This document shows positions 42,731-53,087 of a DNA stretch of 64,000 nucleotides, piece by piece. The stretch is taken from assembly GCA_052279835.1 (NCBI GenBank), contig CP181291.1:1728001-1792000 (forward strand), given 5' to 3'. Source of the stretch: Microcoleus sp. Its GTDB lineage: Bacteria > Cyanobacteriota > Cyanobacteriia > Cyanobacteriales > Microcoleaceae. Numbering within the stretch: position 1 is the stretch's first letter; each line of letters begins with the position of its first letter. A model generated the notes under the pieces. That model was not told the origin of the DNA, ran no database searches, and saw only the letters and a program-made list of their open reading frames with translations. The position numbers and the translations under genes are program-made.

Positions 42731-43483
42731 ATGCTCGGTTCAATTCAAAAATTAGGGATCGTGATATTAGTTGCTTCTTACATCGGAGCTGCCACTAATC
42801 TCTTGAATCCCCAGCAGTCAATGGCTCAACCAAAACCAGAGGCAAAAAAAGAAGAAGGCAAACGCCCTCCCGTCTGTCAAGGCAATCCTCCTACAGGGAG
42901 AGTTAAATGTAATTATGAGGGAGCAGACAACTACGAGGGAGATTTCGTGAACGGTCTGCCCGATGGTACCGGAGTTTATGTCTATGCTAATGGCGATCGC
43001 TACGAAGGACAATTTCGGAATGGAGTACCCAATGGCAGAGGGACATTTATTTTTAAAGATGATGGCCGTTACACAGGCATCTTCCAAGACGGCACGATGA
43101 GGTCTGGGACGGTGGTTTTTCCCAATGGGGAGCGCTACGTCGGAGAGTTCGGAGTTGTCAGAAATGTTCAAACTAATGTGATTAGCAGCCAACCTGCGGG
43201 CAGGGGTCAATTTTTTTATGCTAATGGCGATCGCTATGAAGGACTATTCTTTGCTGGCGCGCCCTTTGGACCTGGGGTATTGGTGCGGGCAGACGGCACT
43301 CGCTGTTCTGGCCGGTTTTTCAATCTCGCACTAGATGCTTCTGTTAGTTGCTCTTTTCCCAACGGTACGCGCTATGAAGGAGAATTGCGCAAGGGAGTAC
43401 CTCACGGTGTCGGGACGATGATTGATGCTAGCGGTAGGCGCTTTCCGGGGGTATTTCGCAACGGCAAACCGGGATTGTCCTAA
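42731..43483 (+). CDS. Secreted MORN-repeat protein
   Basis: YEGxFxNGxPxGxG repeats; signal peptide. Confidence 0.9.
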   Translation: MLGSIQKLGIVILVASYIGAATNLLNPQQSMAQPKPEAKKEEGKRPPVCQGNPPTGRVKCNYEGADNYEGDFVNGLPDGTGVYVYANGDRYEGQFRNGVPNGRGTFIFKDDGRYTGIFQDGTMRSGTVVFPNGERYVGEFGVVRNVQTNVISSQPAGRGQFFYANGDRYEGLFFAGAPFGPGVLVRADGTRCSGRFFNLALDASVSCSFPNGTRYEGELRKGVPHGVGTMIDASGRRFPGVFRNGKPGLS

Positions 43484-43537
43484 ATCATAAATAGAGGTTT
43501 AAAGGCAAGTTTTGACTAGAAATCGGACAAACGACAA

Positions 43538-44299
43538 ATGACAAAGCACAATAATATCCAGAATCGCATAGGAGAAACTTGGTTAATGATTTCCCCTGTT
43601 AAAATCAGTCGAATCGGTCTATTAGTTGCATCCGTTTGGGGAATTGGTAGTTACGCGATTTATCCCTTGCCATCAATGGCGCAAGGAACAGAAGCTAGAA
43701 GTGGTCGCTGTGTCCCTGCGATCGCTACAGGTAGAGTTAGGTGCGATTACGACAGTGGCGACAGCTACATCGGAGACTTTGTTAACGGTTTGCCCGGTGG
43801 CAGCGGGGTATACATCTACTCCAGCGGCGATCGCTATGAGGGGCAGTTTCGCCTTGGTCAGCCAAACGGTCGAGGACAATTTATCTTTAAGGATGATGCC
43901 CGCGTTGAGGGTATATTCCGAGATGGCAAAATTAGCACTGGAACAGCTCTGTTTACTAACGGCGATCGCTATATAGGACCGTTTTCTCTGGATTGGAAAG
44001 TGGGTACGCCGACTGGACAGGGGCAATTCATTTTTGCTAATGGCGATCGATTTGTCGGTCAATTTTTCGGGGGTAAACCTTTAGGTGCCGGGGTGTTCAC
44101 CCGCGCCGACGGTACCCGGTGTTCGGGACAATTTTTTAATCAAGAACTCGATGCTAGGGGTAGTTGTGCGTTCTCCAATGGTATCCGCTATGAGGGAGAA
44201 TTTCGCAAGGGATTACCTCACGGTAAAGGCACAATTATTGATACCCGTGGCAAGCGCTTTCCGGGAGTATTCAAGGAGGGCAAGCGGGTCGAGCGATAA
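43538..44299 (+). CDS. Secreted MORN-repeat protein, tandem paralog of the preceding gene
   Basis: Same repeat pattern and conserved Cys pairs. Confidence 0.9.
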   Translation: MTKHNNIQNRIGETWLMISPVKISRIGLLVASVWGIGSYAIYPLPSMAQGTEARSGRCVPAIATGRVRCDYDSGDSYIGDFVNGLPGGSGVYIYSSGDRYEGQFRLGQPNGRGQFIFKDDARVEGIFRDGKISTGTALFTNGDRYIGPFSLDWKVGTPTGQGQFIFANGDRFVGQFFGGKPLGAGVFTRADGTRCSGQFFNQELDARGSCAFSNGIRYEGEFRKGLPHGKGTIIDTRGKRFPGVFKEGKRVER

Positions 44300-44502
44300 A
44301 ATGGCAATAAGTGCTATTGACCGCTATTAAGTAAGTCCACTGCCCAATAGATCCAGATCCCTGACTTCTTTAAGAAGTCGGGGAAATCGCATAAAATTGT
44401 TAGTTTTCAATGGGCTCGGATTGACTCCTAACTCAGGCAACTTCGTCGCCAATCTTTCGGCTCCTTGTTCAAATTTATTCTTTCTTCTTTAACCGAGTTC
44501 CT

Positions 44503-45603
44503 ATGTCAATCAAAAAAATCATTTCCCTAGCATTGTTAATTTTTGTCCCCATTTCCATCCTCTCTGAGTATCTGCACTGGGGTTCCCTCACAGTTTGTAT
44601 CACATCCGCTTTAGGTATCGTACCTCTGGCGATTTGGTTGAGCACTGCTACAGAAGAAGTGGCGATCGTCACTGGACCATCCATCGGCGGCTTACTAAAT
44701 GCAATCTTCGGCAATGCTACAGAATTAATTATTGCCATAGTCGCCCTAAAAGCGGGATTAATTGACATTGTGAAAGCCAGCATTACTGGCTCAATTATCA
44801 GCAACTTGCTCTTAGTCATGGGACTTTCGATGCTGCTAGGAGGAATCCGCTACAAAGAACAGGAATTTAAACCGATCGTAGCCCGCGTTAACGGTTCCAC
44901 CATGACTCTGGCAGTCATTGCAATTCTGCTGCCGACAATGGTAATTTACACATCAAATGGAGTTGCACCCTCAGCCATTGAAAATCTTTCTCTGATCGCT
45001 GCGATCGTCCTAATTGCAGTTTACGCTCTAACTCTGCTATTTTCATTAAAAACTCACAGCTATCTTTACGATATTGGTTTAGTAGAATTAGAGTCAAACA
45101 ACTCTCAAAATACTAAAGAAGAGTCTACTACACACAAGCCTAATTTGTGGCTGTGGATAGGAGTATTAGTTATATCAACCGTTGGTGTTGCTTTTGAATC
45201 CGAAATCTTTGTGGGAGTAGTGGAAGAAACTACCAAAGGATTGGGATTGACACCACTGTTTACAGGCGTGATTTTGTTGCCGATTGTGGGTGGCGCTGCG
45301 GAATATGTAACAGCGGTGGGAGTAGCACTGAAAAACAATATGGATTTATCGGTTTCTGTGGCGATGGGTTCGAGTTTATTAGTTGCTTTGTTGGTAGCAC
45401 CAGTTTTGGTGATTATCGGATTTGTAATTCATCAGCCAATGGATTTGAACTTTAATCCTTTTGAAGTAGTGGCAGTGGCTATAGCCGTGACTATTGCGAA
45501 TCTAATTAGTCTCGATGGGCGCTCTAATTGGCTCGAAGGAGTGCTGCTGTTAGCAACCTATACTTTGTTAGGAGCAGCATTTTACTTTCATCCCATTACT
45601 TGA
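44503..45603 (+). CDS. cax: Ca2+/H+ antiporter (CAX/ChaA)
   Basis: GNATELI, GSIISNLL, SNWLEG; multiple TM helices. Confidence 0.92.
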   Translation: MSIKKIISLALLIFVPISILSEYLHWGSLTVCITSALGIVPLAIWLSTATEEVAIVTGPSIGGLLNAIFGNATELIIAIVALKAGLIDIVKASITGSIISNLLLVMGLSMLLGGIRYKEQEFKPIVARVNGSTMTLAVIAILLPTMVIYTSNGVAPSAIENLSLIAAIVLIAVYALTLLFSLKTHSYLYDIGLVELESNNSQNTKEESTTHKPNLWLWIGVLVISTVGVAFESEIFVGVVEETTKGLGLTPLFTGVILLPIVGGAAEYVTAVGVALKNNMDLSVSVAMGSSLLVALLVAPVLVIIGFVIHQPMDLNFNPFEVVAVAIAVTIANLISLDGRSNWLEGVLLLATYTLLGAAFYFHPIT

Positions 45604-45874
45604 ACTAAGTAAGTCCACTTAATTAAACGTAAGATACAGGTGGCTAAAAAGCTTGCTGTATGAGCCTTCTTCACATCGATCTTCTTCCTGAATTTCCCCC
45701 CTTGGGGGGGGCAGGGGGGGGTGACTTCTTCCTTCTACTTAACAACTTTTTTGGGAGGGGGAATCCCCCGTGGTTCCCCCTTTTCCCTGGAACATAACCG
45801 ATCTTGTTTGTGGTTTGTGATTCCTATTTGTTTTCTGCCCTTAATTTAGAAAACAATTTTATGCCACAAAGTAA

Positions 45875-46519
45875 TTACGGACAACGACACTCTTGAACAG
45901 GAAAACACTCTCGTCTGCAAATTCTGTTTCTGCCTTTACTGTCGCGACAATCAGAAGTATCCCGACATTCTACCTTATTATCACAAATTCGCTGACGCGG
46001 AAAAATCCCTAAGTTTTGTATAGAAACTTCAGCGGTAAGCGTACCCTGTTCTATAACCTGACTATTTTCTTTAATTTCATAGATAAATTTGTTTTCTCCC
46101 TCTAAAACCGAAAAAGTCTTTGTTTTGTGACTGTTACCCAACTTAAATCCAAAATCCTCGGAAAATTCACCTTGGTCATAACCTCTGTCTGTGTATGGAT
46201 AGGGGTTAGTTTCCATCCCATCAGTCACATTTTTAATCATCACCCTTCTGTTAGGGCCGGGGGGAGTCTTGCTGGAAACAAATCGAGCGCTTTGCGAATC
46301 TGGGGAGAAGACAGTACCAGTACACTCGCCTACATATTCAATGCGCTTAAATTGAATCAGATTAATATTAAAACTGTTTTCGTTTTTGACCCTAAATTTT
46401 GCTTCGCTAGTCTGCTGGGCGCTGACTGTGAAAGCTGCTATCATCAAAAAAAAAGCCGCAACTAAAATAGCTAGGAATTTGATTTGTGGCTTCCCCGTAA
46501 CAAATTGGGCGTATTTCAT
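45875..46519 (-). CDS. Secreted hypothetical protein with a Cys-rich C-terminus
   Basis: Signal peptide ending VSA; 7 Cys in the last ~36 aa. Confidence 0.7.
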   Translation of the reverse strand: MKYAQFVTGKPQIKFLAILVAAFFLMIAAFTVSAQQTSEAKFRVKNENSFNINLIQFKRIEYVGECTGTVFSPDSQSARFVSSKTPPGPNRRVMIKNVTDGMETNPYPYTDRGYDQGEFSEDFGFKLGNSHKTKTFSVLEGENKFIYEIKENSQVIEQGTLTAEVSIQNLGIFPRQRICDNKVECRDTSDCRDSKGRNRICRRECFPVQECRCP

Positions 46520-46712
46520 CTATCTCTACCTCTAATGTGAATAGATAGCATTTTGTTTAGGATTTATTTTAACTTGAGAGCTGATTTGTTGTCAAAGTAG
46601 GTTCAATAGGTTTCTAGTGAGGACTTGAGTCTTTGATGCTGGGTTGCGAAAGGAAGGATGGAATTTCTGACTGGGAACTTTGTCAGGAATGAAGTCCTGA
46701 GTACAAACTTAA

Positions 46713-48398
46713 TTACCAAGTTACTCGATCGCGCCATCTCTCTAAAAGCTTCTCCCCAATGCCCTGCACCCGCGCCACGTCGTCCACAGATGTGAAAGGT
46801 TGCTGTTGCCGCGCTGCCATAATCCTTTCGGCTAACTTTGGCCCAACTCCAGGCAAAGTCTCCAATTCTGCCTGACTCGCGGTATTCAAATTAATTAATT
46901 TTTTACCAGCAGCAATTGGAAGTTTGGCTGCCACATTTCCCGCCACCACTGTTGAAGATTTGGATGCTAATGGTACTGATTCGCACTCTTTTTTCCTAGC
47001 ATCAATTCTCTGCTTGATTCGAGGCGGAATTCCCAAAATTGCCCCTTTGTAAAGCCGATCGAACTCCCGCTCAAAATGGGCTGCAACTACCGGATTGTCG
47101 ATCGCCAATAGTGTCTCATCATTCCCATGATTTGCCGCCTCACTCCAGTTATGAGAGCCTGTAATCACGATACTTCCATCTACAACCCCAAATTTGTGGT
47201 GCAGGCGATCGCCCTTTGGTAACACGGGCACTCCCACCGTAGTTAGGGGTTGTTTCCAGGGGCGATTGTCTGCTTCCAACTGGCAATGTTCAATCAAAGT
47301 CGCCCCCATCATATCCAAACCTTCACTGTAAGGGCGATAAATAAAATTAGAGTCAATTAAAGCTCGCACTGCAACTCCCCGCCTCGCCTCAATTTCCAGA
47401 GTATTTGCTAACCGCTGAGCCGAAAAAACAAACAGTGCCAAATTCACTGAGTTTTTGGCACGTCCCAAAGTTTTATTAATCAAACTGTTAACACTTTTTT
47501 CCCATGGTAATGTCTTGGAAGTCGGCGAAAATTGCACCGCCACAGTCCCATTCCCTACTCGGATTTTTTGTACTTGACGAAAGGGCTTTTTAACGCCAAA
47601 TTTACTGTCTGGTTTGCCTCCTGGTCCATCGCCCCACATGATGTTAAATTCTTGAGTAAATATTTGTGCTAATTCAGGATTTTTAATTTTTAATAAATTG
47701 TTAGCGTTGCCGCGACTTTCTGCTGTTTTGAAATCACCATGTACATCGCTAGTTGTAAAATTAGCCGAAGTTACAATCACGGTTTTATTATCTATAATTA
47801 CAAATTTATGGTGCATCAAGCCGCTACCTTTAGAACCGTCAGCCCTATCATCTATTAAAGGAATAGCTGCATTTTTGAGAATTAGCAAAGCATCATTTTT
47901 CTGGATTTCCTCGGCACTCAATTTCCCGTCTTTATTAGTATCTGCAAGTTGGACGAATTCCTGGTAGCGATCGCGCTCTCTTTCTGGTAATTTTCCTAAC
48001 TCCGACGCGGAAAAATCGCTCCAAGGGCGACTATAGATATGTTCGACAATCAATCTCACTTTGATCCCAGAACGTTGGCGATCGGCTAAAACTCGCGCTA
48101 TACCGGGCAAGCGAAACTCCTGCACCGCTACGTCTACCGTCGATTCAGCAGTGGCGATCGCCTCCATGACCAACTTTTCCAAATCATCTCCAGGTCTAGT
48201 TTGCAGACGATAAGGCTCTGTATAAGTGGAAGTGAGTGACTGATTGAAGTATACTTGCAACAAAGGGTCTTGAGGCAAAGGAGTCAGACTGGGAGATGAT
48301 TTAGGCAACTCTTGCTCTCGTTGTCCACAAGCAGCCAGACCGATTGTCAGTAACAAAAGCGAGCACAAACGCGGTAAATTATAAAAAAGTTTATCCAC
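46713..48398 (-). CDS. comA: ComA-like competence lipoprotein (two PLD HKD motifs plus a ComEA HhH domain)
   Basis: Lipobox LAAC; HHKFVIID, HHKFGVVD; INLNTA...LPGVGPKLA. Confidence 0.8.
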   Translation of the reverse strand: MDKLFYNLPRLCSLLLLTIGLAACGQREQELPKSSPSLTPLPQDPLLQVYFNQSLTSTYTEPYRLQTRPGDDLEKLVMEAIATAESTVDVAVQEFRLPGIARVLADRQRSGIKVRLIVEHIYSRPWSDFSASELGKLPERERDRYQEFVQLADTNKDGKLSAEEIQKNDALLILKNAAIPLIDDRADGSKGSGLMHHKFVIIDNKTVIVTSANFTTSDVHGDFKTAESRGNANNLLKIKNPELAQIFTQEFNIMWGDGPGGKPDSKFGVKKPFRQVQKIRVGNGTVAVQFSPTSKTLPWEKSVNSLINKTLGRAKNSVNLALFVFSAQRLANTLEIEARRGVAVRALIDSNFIYRPYSEGLDMMGATLIEHCQLEADNRPWKQPLTTVGVPVLPKGDRLHHKFGVVDGSIVITGSHNWSEAANHGNDETLLAIDNPVVAAHFEREFDRLYKGAILGIPPRIKQRIDARKKECESVPLASKSSTVVAGNVAAKLPIAAGKKLINLNTASQAELETLPGVGPKLAERIMAARQQQPFTSVDDVARVQGIGEKLLERWRDRVTW

Positions 48399-48589
48399 AA
48401 AAGTTTAAAAAATCTTGAGGTTATTTATCAGCTTACCGTTCAAATATATTCGATAATGTATGGTTAGAACCTATTAAATTTATGAAAGGGAATAGATTAT
48501 ACGTCTTTTAAGACTGCCTCGATGCCGGAAGCATCACTGGTAGGGTAGCAGCATTCAGGGGCGTGGATCGAACCCGATACTGCTGCTTT

Positions 48590-48991
48590 ATGGCTAAAAG
48601 AAAAACACTTTTTCCGTGCGGTCACAAAGGATATGGTAAAGCGTGTCATCGCTGTACGCAAGAGTTTGCAGCACAGCAGCAGTGCGTCCAACTGCGGGCG
48701 GAAAAACAAACCAAAAAACAGGAAAGGGAGGCTTCATTTGCCAGAGATATCATCGATCTCAGAGGTCTGCCAGATCATGTAGTTACTAAAGCACGAGCAA
48801 TTATAGCAGCTTTGGGTGAAAATAAAAATTACAGAGATTTTGGTGGCAAACGCCTGCGTCACAATCGTTTGATCGTGAGTATTCCTGTAACGCGCAACTA
48901 CAGAATGCTCTGCGAAGATTGTGGGACGTTCTTGATTCCCCAAAAAGTTTTGTCCCACGAAGACTATAATGTTTGTAAACCGGGAAGTTAG
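48590..48991 (+). CDS. Hypothetical protein: CGH/CHRC zinc knuckle, coiled coil, possible RelE/ParE-like domain
   Basis: FPCGHKGYGKACHRC; GKRL...SIPVTRNYRML...SHEDYN. Confidence 0.65.
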   Translation: MAKRKTLFPCGHKGYGKACHRCTQEFAAQQQCVQLRAEKQTKKQEREASFARDIIDLRGLPDHVVTKARAIIAALGENKNYRDFGGKRLRHNRLIVSIPVTRNYRMLCEDCGTFLIPQKVLSHEDYNVCKPGS

Positions 48992-49004
48992 TTAAATAAC
49001 CAAC

Positions 49005-49052
49005 ACAAAATAAAAAATAACAAATAACCAATAACAAATAACCAATAACTAA
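49005..49052. repeat. Heptamer tandem repeat (AACAAAT/AACCAAT)
   Basis: Direct reading of the sequence. Confidence 0.7.
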
Positions 49053-49065
49053 CCTATTTAAAGCC

Positions 49066-50235
49066 ATGCAAATTTATCTCGACTATAGCGCCACGACTCC
49101 CACACGCCCAGAATCAATTGATGCGATGCAAAAAGCTATTTCTCAACAGTGGGGAAATCCTTCGAGTTTGCACGAGTGGGGACAAAGAGCCGCCACAGCT
49201 TTGGAATTAGCCCGAATGCAGGTAGCTAGCCTGATTAACGCTCTCCCAGAATCGATGATTTTTACTTCAGGTGGTACTGAATCTGACAACTTAGCCATCC
49301 TGGGAATTGCGCGTCTTTATACTACGCCACAGCACATAATTATCTCTAGCGTAGAGCATTCAGCAGTATCAGAAACCGCGCTACAACTTGAACAGTGGGG
49401 ATGGGAAGTGACTCGCCTACAGGTGGATAAACTTGGGCGAGTTCACCCTTGGGATTTGCAGCAGTCAGTGCGATCGAATACAGTGTTAATTTCCATTATT
49501 TACGGACAAAGCGAAGTTGGCACGCTGCAACCAATTGAAGCATTAGGAAAGATCGCCCGCGATCGCGATATCCTGTTTCATACCGATGCAGTTCAAGTTG
49601 CTGGCAGATTACCCATCGATGTCCAGAAACTTCCCGTAGACTTGCTTTCCCTTTCCAGTCACAAGCTGTATGGGCCCCAAGGTGCGGGGGCGCTTTACGT
49701 GCGTCCTGGTATAAAATTAGCGCCAATCTTGACTGGTGGTGGCCAAGAGTTGAAACTGCGTTCCGGGACGCAAGCAGTGCCGATAATTGTGGGTTTTGGG
49801 GTGGCGGCGGAATTGGCATCCCAGGAGATGGATGGGGAAACTGCAAGATTAATTGAATTGCGCGATCGCCTTTTTGACGGATTAGCCCACGTACCTAGTT
49901 TAGTACCAACTGGCGATCGATACTGTAGACTGCCACACCACGTCAGTTTTTGCATTGTTTCTCCTGACTGTAACCCAGAGAAAGTGACAGGAAAAACTTT
50001 AGTAAGACAGCTAAATTTAGCCGGAATTGGCATTAGTTCTGGTTCTGCTTGTAACAGCGGAAAACTGACTCCGAGTTCAATCTTATTGGCAATGGGATAT
50101 AGCAAAACCATGGCTATTGGCGGCATTCGGTTGAGTCTGGGACGGGAAACAACGGAAGCTGATATTGATTGGACTGCCAAGGCGATCGAGCAAATTTTGG
50201 AGAGATTAATTCCCAAGGTAGCATTATGTAAATAA
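49066..50235 (+). CDS. iscS: Cysteine desulfurase (NifS/IscS family)
   Basis: YLDYSATT, GNPSS, HTDAVQ, SSHKLYGP, SSGSAC. Confidence 0.9.
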   Translation: MQIYLDYSATTPTRPESIDAMQKAISQQWGNPSSLHEWGQRAATALELARMQVASLINALPESMIFTSGGTESDNLAILGIARLYTTPQHIIISSVEHSAVSETALQLEQWGWEVTRLQVDKLGRVHPWDLQQSVRSNTVLISIIYGQSEVGTLQPIEALGKIARDRDILFHTDAVQVAGRLPIDVQKLPVDLLSLSSHKLYGPQGAGALYVRPGIKLAPILTGGGQELKLRSGTQAVPIIVGFGVAAELASQEMDGETARLIELRDRLFDGLAHVPSLVPTGDRYCRLPHHVSFCIVSPDCNPEKVTGKTLVRQLNLAGIGISSGSACNSGKLTPSSILLAMGYSKTMAIGGIRLSLGRETTEADIDWTAKAIEQILERLIPKVALCK

Positions 50236-50304
50236 GCTACCAATGACGTTGAAATCGTTTACAATGCTATCTATATTATTACCAGCCAATTTGGGGAAAC
50301 AGCA

Positions 50305-51063
50305 ATGGTTACACAACTGCAATCTCCCGACAAATCAAATATAATCTACCCCGACGATAACGGAGAACCCATGTCAGACAATACTGAGCAATTTCGATTG
50401 ATCGTCTGGATCAAGGAAAATTCAGAACTATTGTTTGCTAATGACCCAAATGTTTTTGTGGCCGGCGACTTGCTTTGGTATGCCGTTGAAGGAAATAATA
50501 AACTTTGCCAAGCACCCGATGTGATGGTAGTTTTTGGTAGACCAAAAGGATATCGAGGTTCTTACCAACAATGGAAAGAAGATGGCATTGCGCCGCAAGT
50601 CGTGTTTGAAATTTGGTCGCCTGGAAATCGGCCTGCTCCGATGATTCAAAAGTTCAAATTTTACGAACGTTATGGTGTGGAAGAATACTATTTGTACGAC
50701 CCACAAAGCTTAGAATTGACAGGATGGCAACGTCAACAAGAACAATTAGAAGCGATCGAACAAATAGACGGTTGGATCAGTCCCAGACTGGGCGTCCGGT
50801 TCCAGTTATCGGACAAGGGACTCGAAATGTTTGACCCGTCTGGAGAAGCGTTTATGAGTTTTGTGGAACTGGCTCAATTGCGGCGAGAAGCCCAAGCACG
50901 GGCTATCGAAGCAGAGCAACTGCGACAGCAAGCAGAGCAACTGCGACAGCAAGCAGAGCAACGCGCCACTGAGACAGAAGCTTTGTTGGAACAAGAACGA
51001 TCGCGATCGCAAGCTTTAGAATCAAGACTCCGAGAAATGGGAATCGATCCAAATCAATTGTAA
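50305..51063 (+). CDS. Uma2 family endonuclease-like protein
   Basis: APDVMVVFG, VVFEIWSPGN, EEYYLYDP; AEQLRQQ coiled-coil repeats. Confidence 0.9.
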   Translation: MVTQLQSPDKSNIIYPDDNGEPMSDNTEQFRLIVWIKENSELLFANDPNVFVAGDLLWYAVEGNNKLCQAPDVMVVFGRPKGYRGSYQQWKEDGIAPQVVFEIWSPGNRPAPMIQKFKFYERYGVEEYYLYDPQSLELTGWQRQQEQLEAIEQIDGWISPRLGVRFQLSDKGLEMFDPSGEAFMSFVELAQLRREAQARAIEAEQLRQQAEQLRQQAEQRATETEALLEQERSRSQALESRLREMGIDPNQL

Positions 51064-51234
51064 TAGATGATGGGGCGATTTCAATCGCCGACTCCATTCT
51101 TTCTACACATAACCAAAGAAACCGGGTTTTTTCCAGAATTTTCGCCTGTAACCAAGTCTGTCGCAAAAACCCGGTTTCTCGTCACCGACCAATCATGATA
51201 AAATACATTCCGGTGTTATTGACAACTCCCCACA

Positions 51235-51882
51235 ATGGAAGAAAACCGCGCCCAAGCCTATCTCCAATTAATTCACAGCTTGCTGAATTGCCCCAACGGA
51301 GACGAACCGCAGATATTACAGGATAACTCAGAATTGTTGGATCGCGGATTTCTGGAAACTTGCGAGTTAGTAGCATCAACCTTGGCTCAACAAGGAGGGG
51401 AAAATGGCGCTCAATTTCTGCGAAATCTGGCCCGTGAGCTAGGGCAATTTATGGATATGAATGATGACGGAGATAGCAATATATCTGAAGGTGAAAATTT
51501 TCAAGAATATGCAAACTTCTTCCTAGAATTATTGCAAGCAGAACAAGCTAGCAATAGCGATAGTGCAGTAATTTTCCCCATGCTAGCTCAACGGCAACAT
51601 CTCCTCAATGACAGTTTTGCCCGGACTTTAGAGCAAGTTTCTTTTAAGTTACTGGACGGTGAAAATTCAGAAACAATTAGCTCAATTATTGGCCTAATTG
51701 AAAGTTTGAGTGGTCATATTAGTGAGTTTAGCAGCGGTAATAAAGAGAAGAATATGGAAATAGCCATTACTGGTTATCAAATAGTTTTAAATAATCGGGA
51801 ACTGGGGAGCGAAAAGTTTGCTCAAACTCAACAGAATCTGGCTACTGCTTACAGTAACAGAACCAATGGTTCGCCGGCTTGA
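51235..51882 (+). CDS. N-terminal part of a TPR(/CHAT)-type protein, probably truncated
   Basis: AYLQLIHSLLNCPNG N-terminus; ends within the first TPR-like AQTQQNLATAYSNR. Confidence 0.6.
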   Translation: MEENRAQAYLQLIHSLLNCPNGDEPQILQDNSELLDRGFLETCELVASTLAQQGGENGAQFLRNLARELGQFMDMNDDGDSNISEGENFQEYANFFLELLQAEQASNSDSAVIFPMLAQRQHLLNDSFARTLEQVSFKLLDGENSETISSIIGLIESLSGHISEFSSGNKEKNMEIAITGYQIVLNNRELGSEKFAQTQQNLATAYSNRTNGSPA

Positions 51883-51923
51883 CTGAACCCTCGCCCAAGT
51901 TCCTAGGCTGACTAAGAGATTAT

Positions 51924-53087
51924 TTAGAAGTGCTGAAATCCTCGATCGAGCTTTAATACAACATCAGGATAAATACCGCTGCTATCAGTCAACCAGATAT
52001 CCGTGCTATCTGTAGTCATTCCCACAATCGCGGCCCCATTTCCGATTTTTTCTACCAATAGCTCAGCTTGCACCAGTGGCAAAAACAGCACTAACTCAAA
52101 GTCTTCCCCGCCGTACAATGCCCATTCTAAAGCTGTTTCTGTTGATATAAGTTCGCTGAAAATATGGGGAATTGGTATTTTGGGGCGATCGACTTTTGCA
52201 CCAACACCGCTAGCCCGACAAATTTGAATAATCGCATCTGCTAAACCATCGCTACTGTCCATTCCGGCGATCGCAATTGGGGAATTAACCCCCCCCGACC
52301 CCCCCTTGCTAAGGGGGGGAGAATTTAGATCCTCATTCATCAGCGTGGGAGAATTAACCCCCCCCGACCCCCCCTTAGTAAGGGGGGGAGAATTCAAATC
52401 CGGCTTCCCCCCCTTACTAAGGGGGGGACTGAGGGGGGGTTCCATCCCATCTTCACAACCCAAGATTTCCCAAAGCACCGGCAAAACATCCAGCCGCGGT
52501 TGAGGGCGCTGGTGGGCTAGAATCAAAGTAGCCCGATCGCCTGTGGTGAGATTTTGCCCAAATTCAGGATTCAACAGCAACTCCAATCCAGCGCGAGAGG
52601 CCCCGTGAACACCCGTAGCCACAATCGCCCAGCCCGATCGCGCCTGTGACCTACTAATGATACGATCGCACTCAACCTCCCCAAAAGCCGTAATCGCCAC
52701 AGTCACAACGGGCGATCGTACAACATCCCCCCCGGCGATCGGCGTCTGATACACTTGCAAACAAGCCGTCATCCCCCGATAAAACTCTTCCACCCACAGC
52801 ACAGCCGTATCCGCCGCCACAGCCAGGGCTACTGTCACCCCCAGAGGTCTTGCTCCCATCGCTGCCAGATCCGACAAATTCGCGGCTGCCGCGCGCCATC
52901 CTGCATCATAGGGGCTGGTAGTGCGATCGCTAAAATGCACTCCATCCACCAACATATCCGTCGTCACAGCCAGAGATTGGTTGGGACTTGTCACCATCAC
53001 AGCGCAATCATCACCGACTATCTCTGGGGGGCAGAATTTTTGCAATATTTTTAAAAGACCTTGTTCTCCGATATCTTTAATGACCAT
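51924..53087 (-). CDS. thiL: Thiamine-monophosphate kinase, with a repeat-derived insertion
   Basis: GEQGL, GDDCA, NLSDLAAMG, MDSSDGL, GGEDFEL; ATG at 53087. Confidence 0.95.
   Translation of the reverse strand: MVIKDIGEQGLLKILQKFCPPEIVGDDCAVMVTSPNQSLAVTTDMLVDGVHFSDRTTSPYDAGWRAAAANLSDLAAMGARPLGVTVALAVAADTAVLWVEEFYRGMTACLQVYQTPIAGGDVVRSPVVTVAITAFGEVECDRIISRSQARSGWAIVATGVHGASRAGLELLLNPEFGQNLTTGDRATLILAHQRPQPRLDVLPVLWEILGCEDGMEPPLSPPLSKGGKPDLNSPPLTKGGSGGVNSPTLMNEDLNSPPLSKGGSGGVNSPIAIAGMDSSDGLADAIIQICRASGVGAKVDRPKIPIPHIFSELISTETALEWALYGGEDFELVLFLPLVQAELLVEKIGNGAAIVGMTTDSTDIWLTDSSGIYPDVVLKLDRGFQHF
52281..52445 (-). repeat. In-frame C/G-tract repeat insertion in thiL
   Basis: PPLSPPLSKGG / [15 protein letters not shown] / NSPPLSKGGSGGVNS. 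Confidence 0.85.

Noticed and set aside
51117..51179. AGAAACCGGGTTT-type palindromes (also 29553-29617) and CCGACTT..AAGTCGG palindromes (36812, 44359) as a specific system
   Set aside because: They look like ordinary dispersed intergenic palindromes of this lineage, with no linked transposase in the window.
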